Assembly: GCA_963700285.1 (NCBI GenBank)
Contig: CAVOXA010000001.1
Span: 1,376,001-1,440,000 of the forward strand
Reading direction: 5' to 3'
Source of the DNA: an uncultured Chloroflexia bacterium
Lineage (GTDB): Bacteria; Chloroflexota; Anaerolineae; JAAYZQ01
Length of the DNA stretch: 64,000 bases
Below are positions 63,743 to 64,000 of this stretch, piece by piece (the first letter of the stretch is position 1; each line of letters starts with the position of its first letter). The position numbers were made by a program, and so were the translations under genes. The notes beneath the pieces are model-generated. The model ran no database searches, was not told where the DNA came from, and was given only the letters and a program-made list of their open reading frames with translations.

Positions 63743-64000
63743 CTAGTGTGGCTCGATGATCACGTCCTTCCAGAACCACCCCCCTCGGGCCGACACGGGG
63801 AACCTACGCACCCATGGCTTGATCAGAAACGTGTTGCGGGCGTAAAAGAGGGGCCCTACCGCTGCCTCTTCGACCAGTATGCGGTCGGCCTGGCTGTACA
63901 ACTTTATTCGCTGCCGCTGATCGGTGAGCCTCCTGGCCTTCTCGACCAGCTCCTCGTAGGCTGGATTCCGCCAGCCCGTCGGGTTTGTCGCCAAAGCTAC
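63743..64000 (-). CDS. C-terminus of a peptide ABC substrate-binding (OppA-like) domain (partial)
   Basis: NPTGWRNPAYEELVEKA...RIKLYSQADRILVEEAAVGPLFY...IKPWV. Confidence 0.8.
   Translation of the reverse strand, partial: VALATNPTGWRNPAYEELVEKARRLTDQRQRIKLYSQADRILVEEAAVGPLFYARNTFLIKPWVRRFPVSARGGWFWKDVIIEPH

Overview
GC-rich (by eye), gene-dense bacterial chromosome segment with no rRNA, tRNA, CRISPR or transposase recognised. Gene content (RibXY-type riboflavin ABC transporter under an FMN riboswitch, HypD, butyrate kinase, DapL, LarBE) suggests an anaerobe, probably Chloroflexota/Anaerolineae (inference). Many single-base frameshifts, including one in the essential ligA, point to an unpolished long-read or metagenomic consensus rather than true pseudogenes. 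Highlights: (1) a Tat-exported selenocysteine formate dehydrogenase operon (alpha/beta/gamma/FdhE) with three regulatory layers: two Rex-like operators over a sigma70 promoter, a P3-less Moco/tungsten-cofactor riboswitch whose P1 competes with an intrinsic terminator (predicted ON switch), and UGA+SECIS; its FS0 cluster motif has Asp at the fourth Cys position. (2) A compact, non-canonical NRPS-like operon: oxalate-CoA-ligase-like adenylation domain+PCP, then C-PCP-left-handed beta-helix acyltransferase, then an apparently circularly permuted polysaccharide-deacetylase-like protein. This is the best candidate for an undescribed system. (3) Two NitT/TauT-type ABC operons, each with a membrane enzyme gene embedded: menA in one (possible DHNA salvage, coupled to larEB) and a GT-C glycosyltransferase in the FMN-riboswitch operon. 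The rest is housekeeping and catabolic genes.
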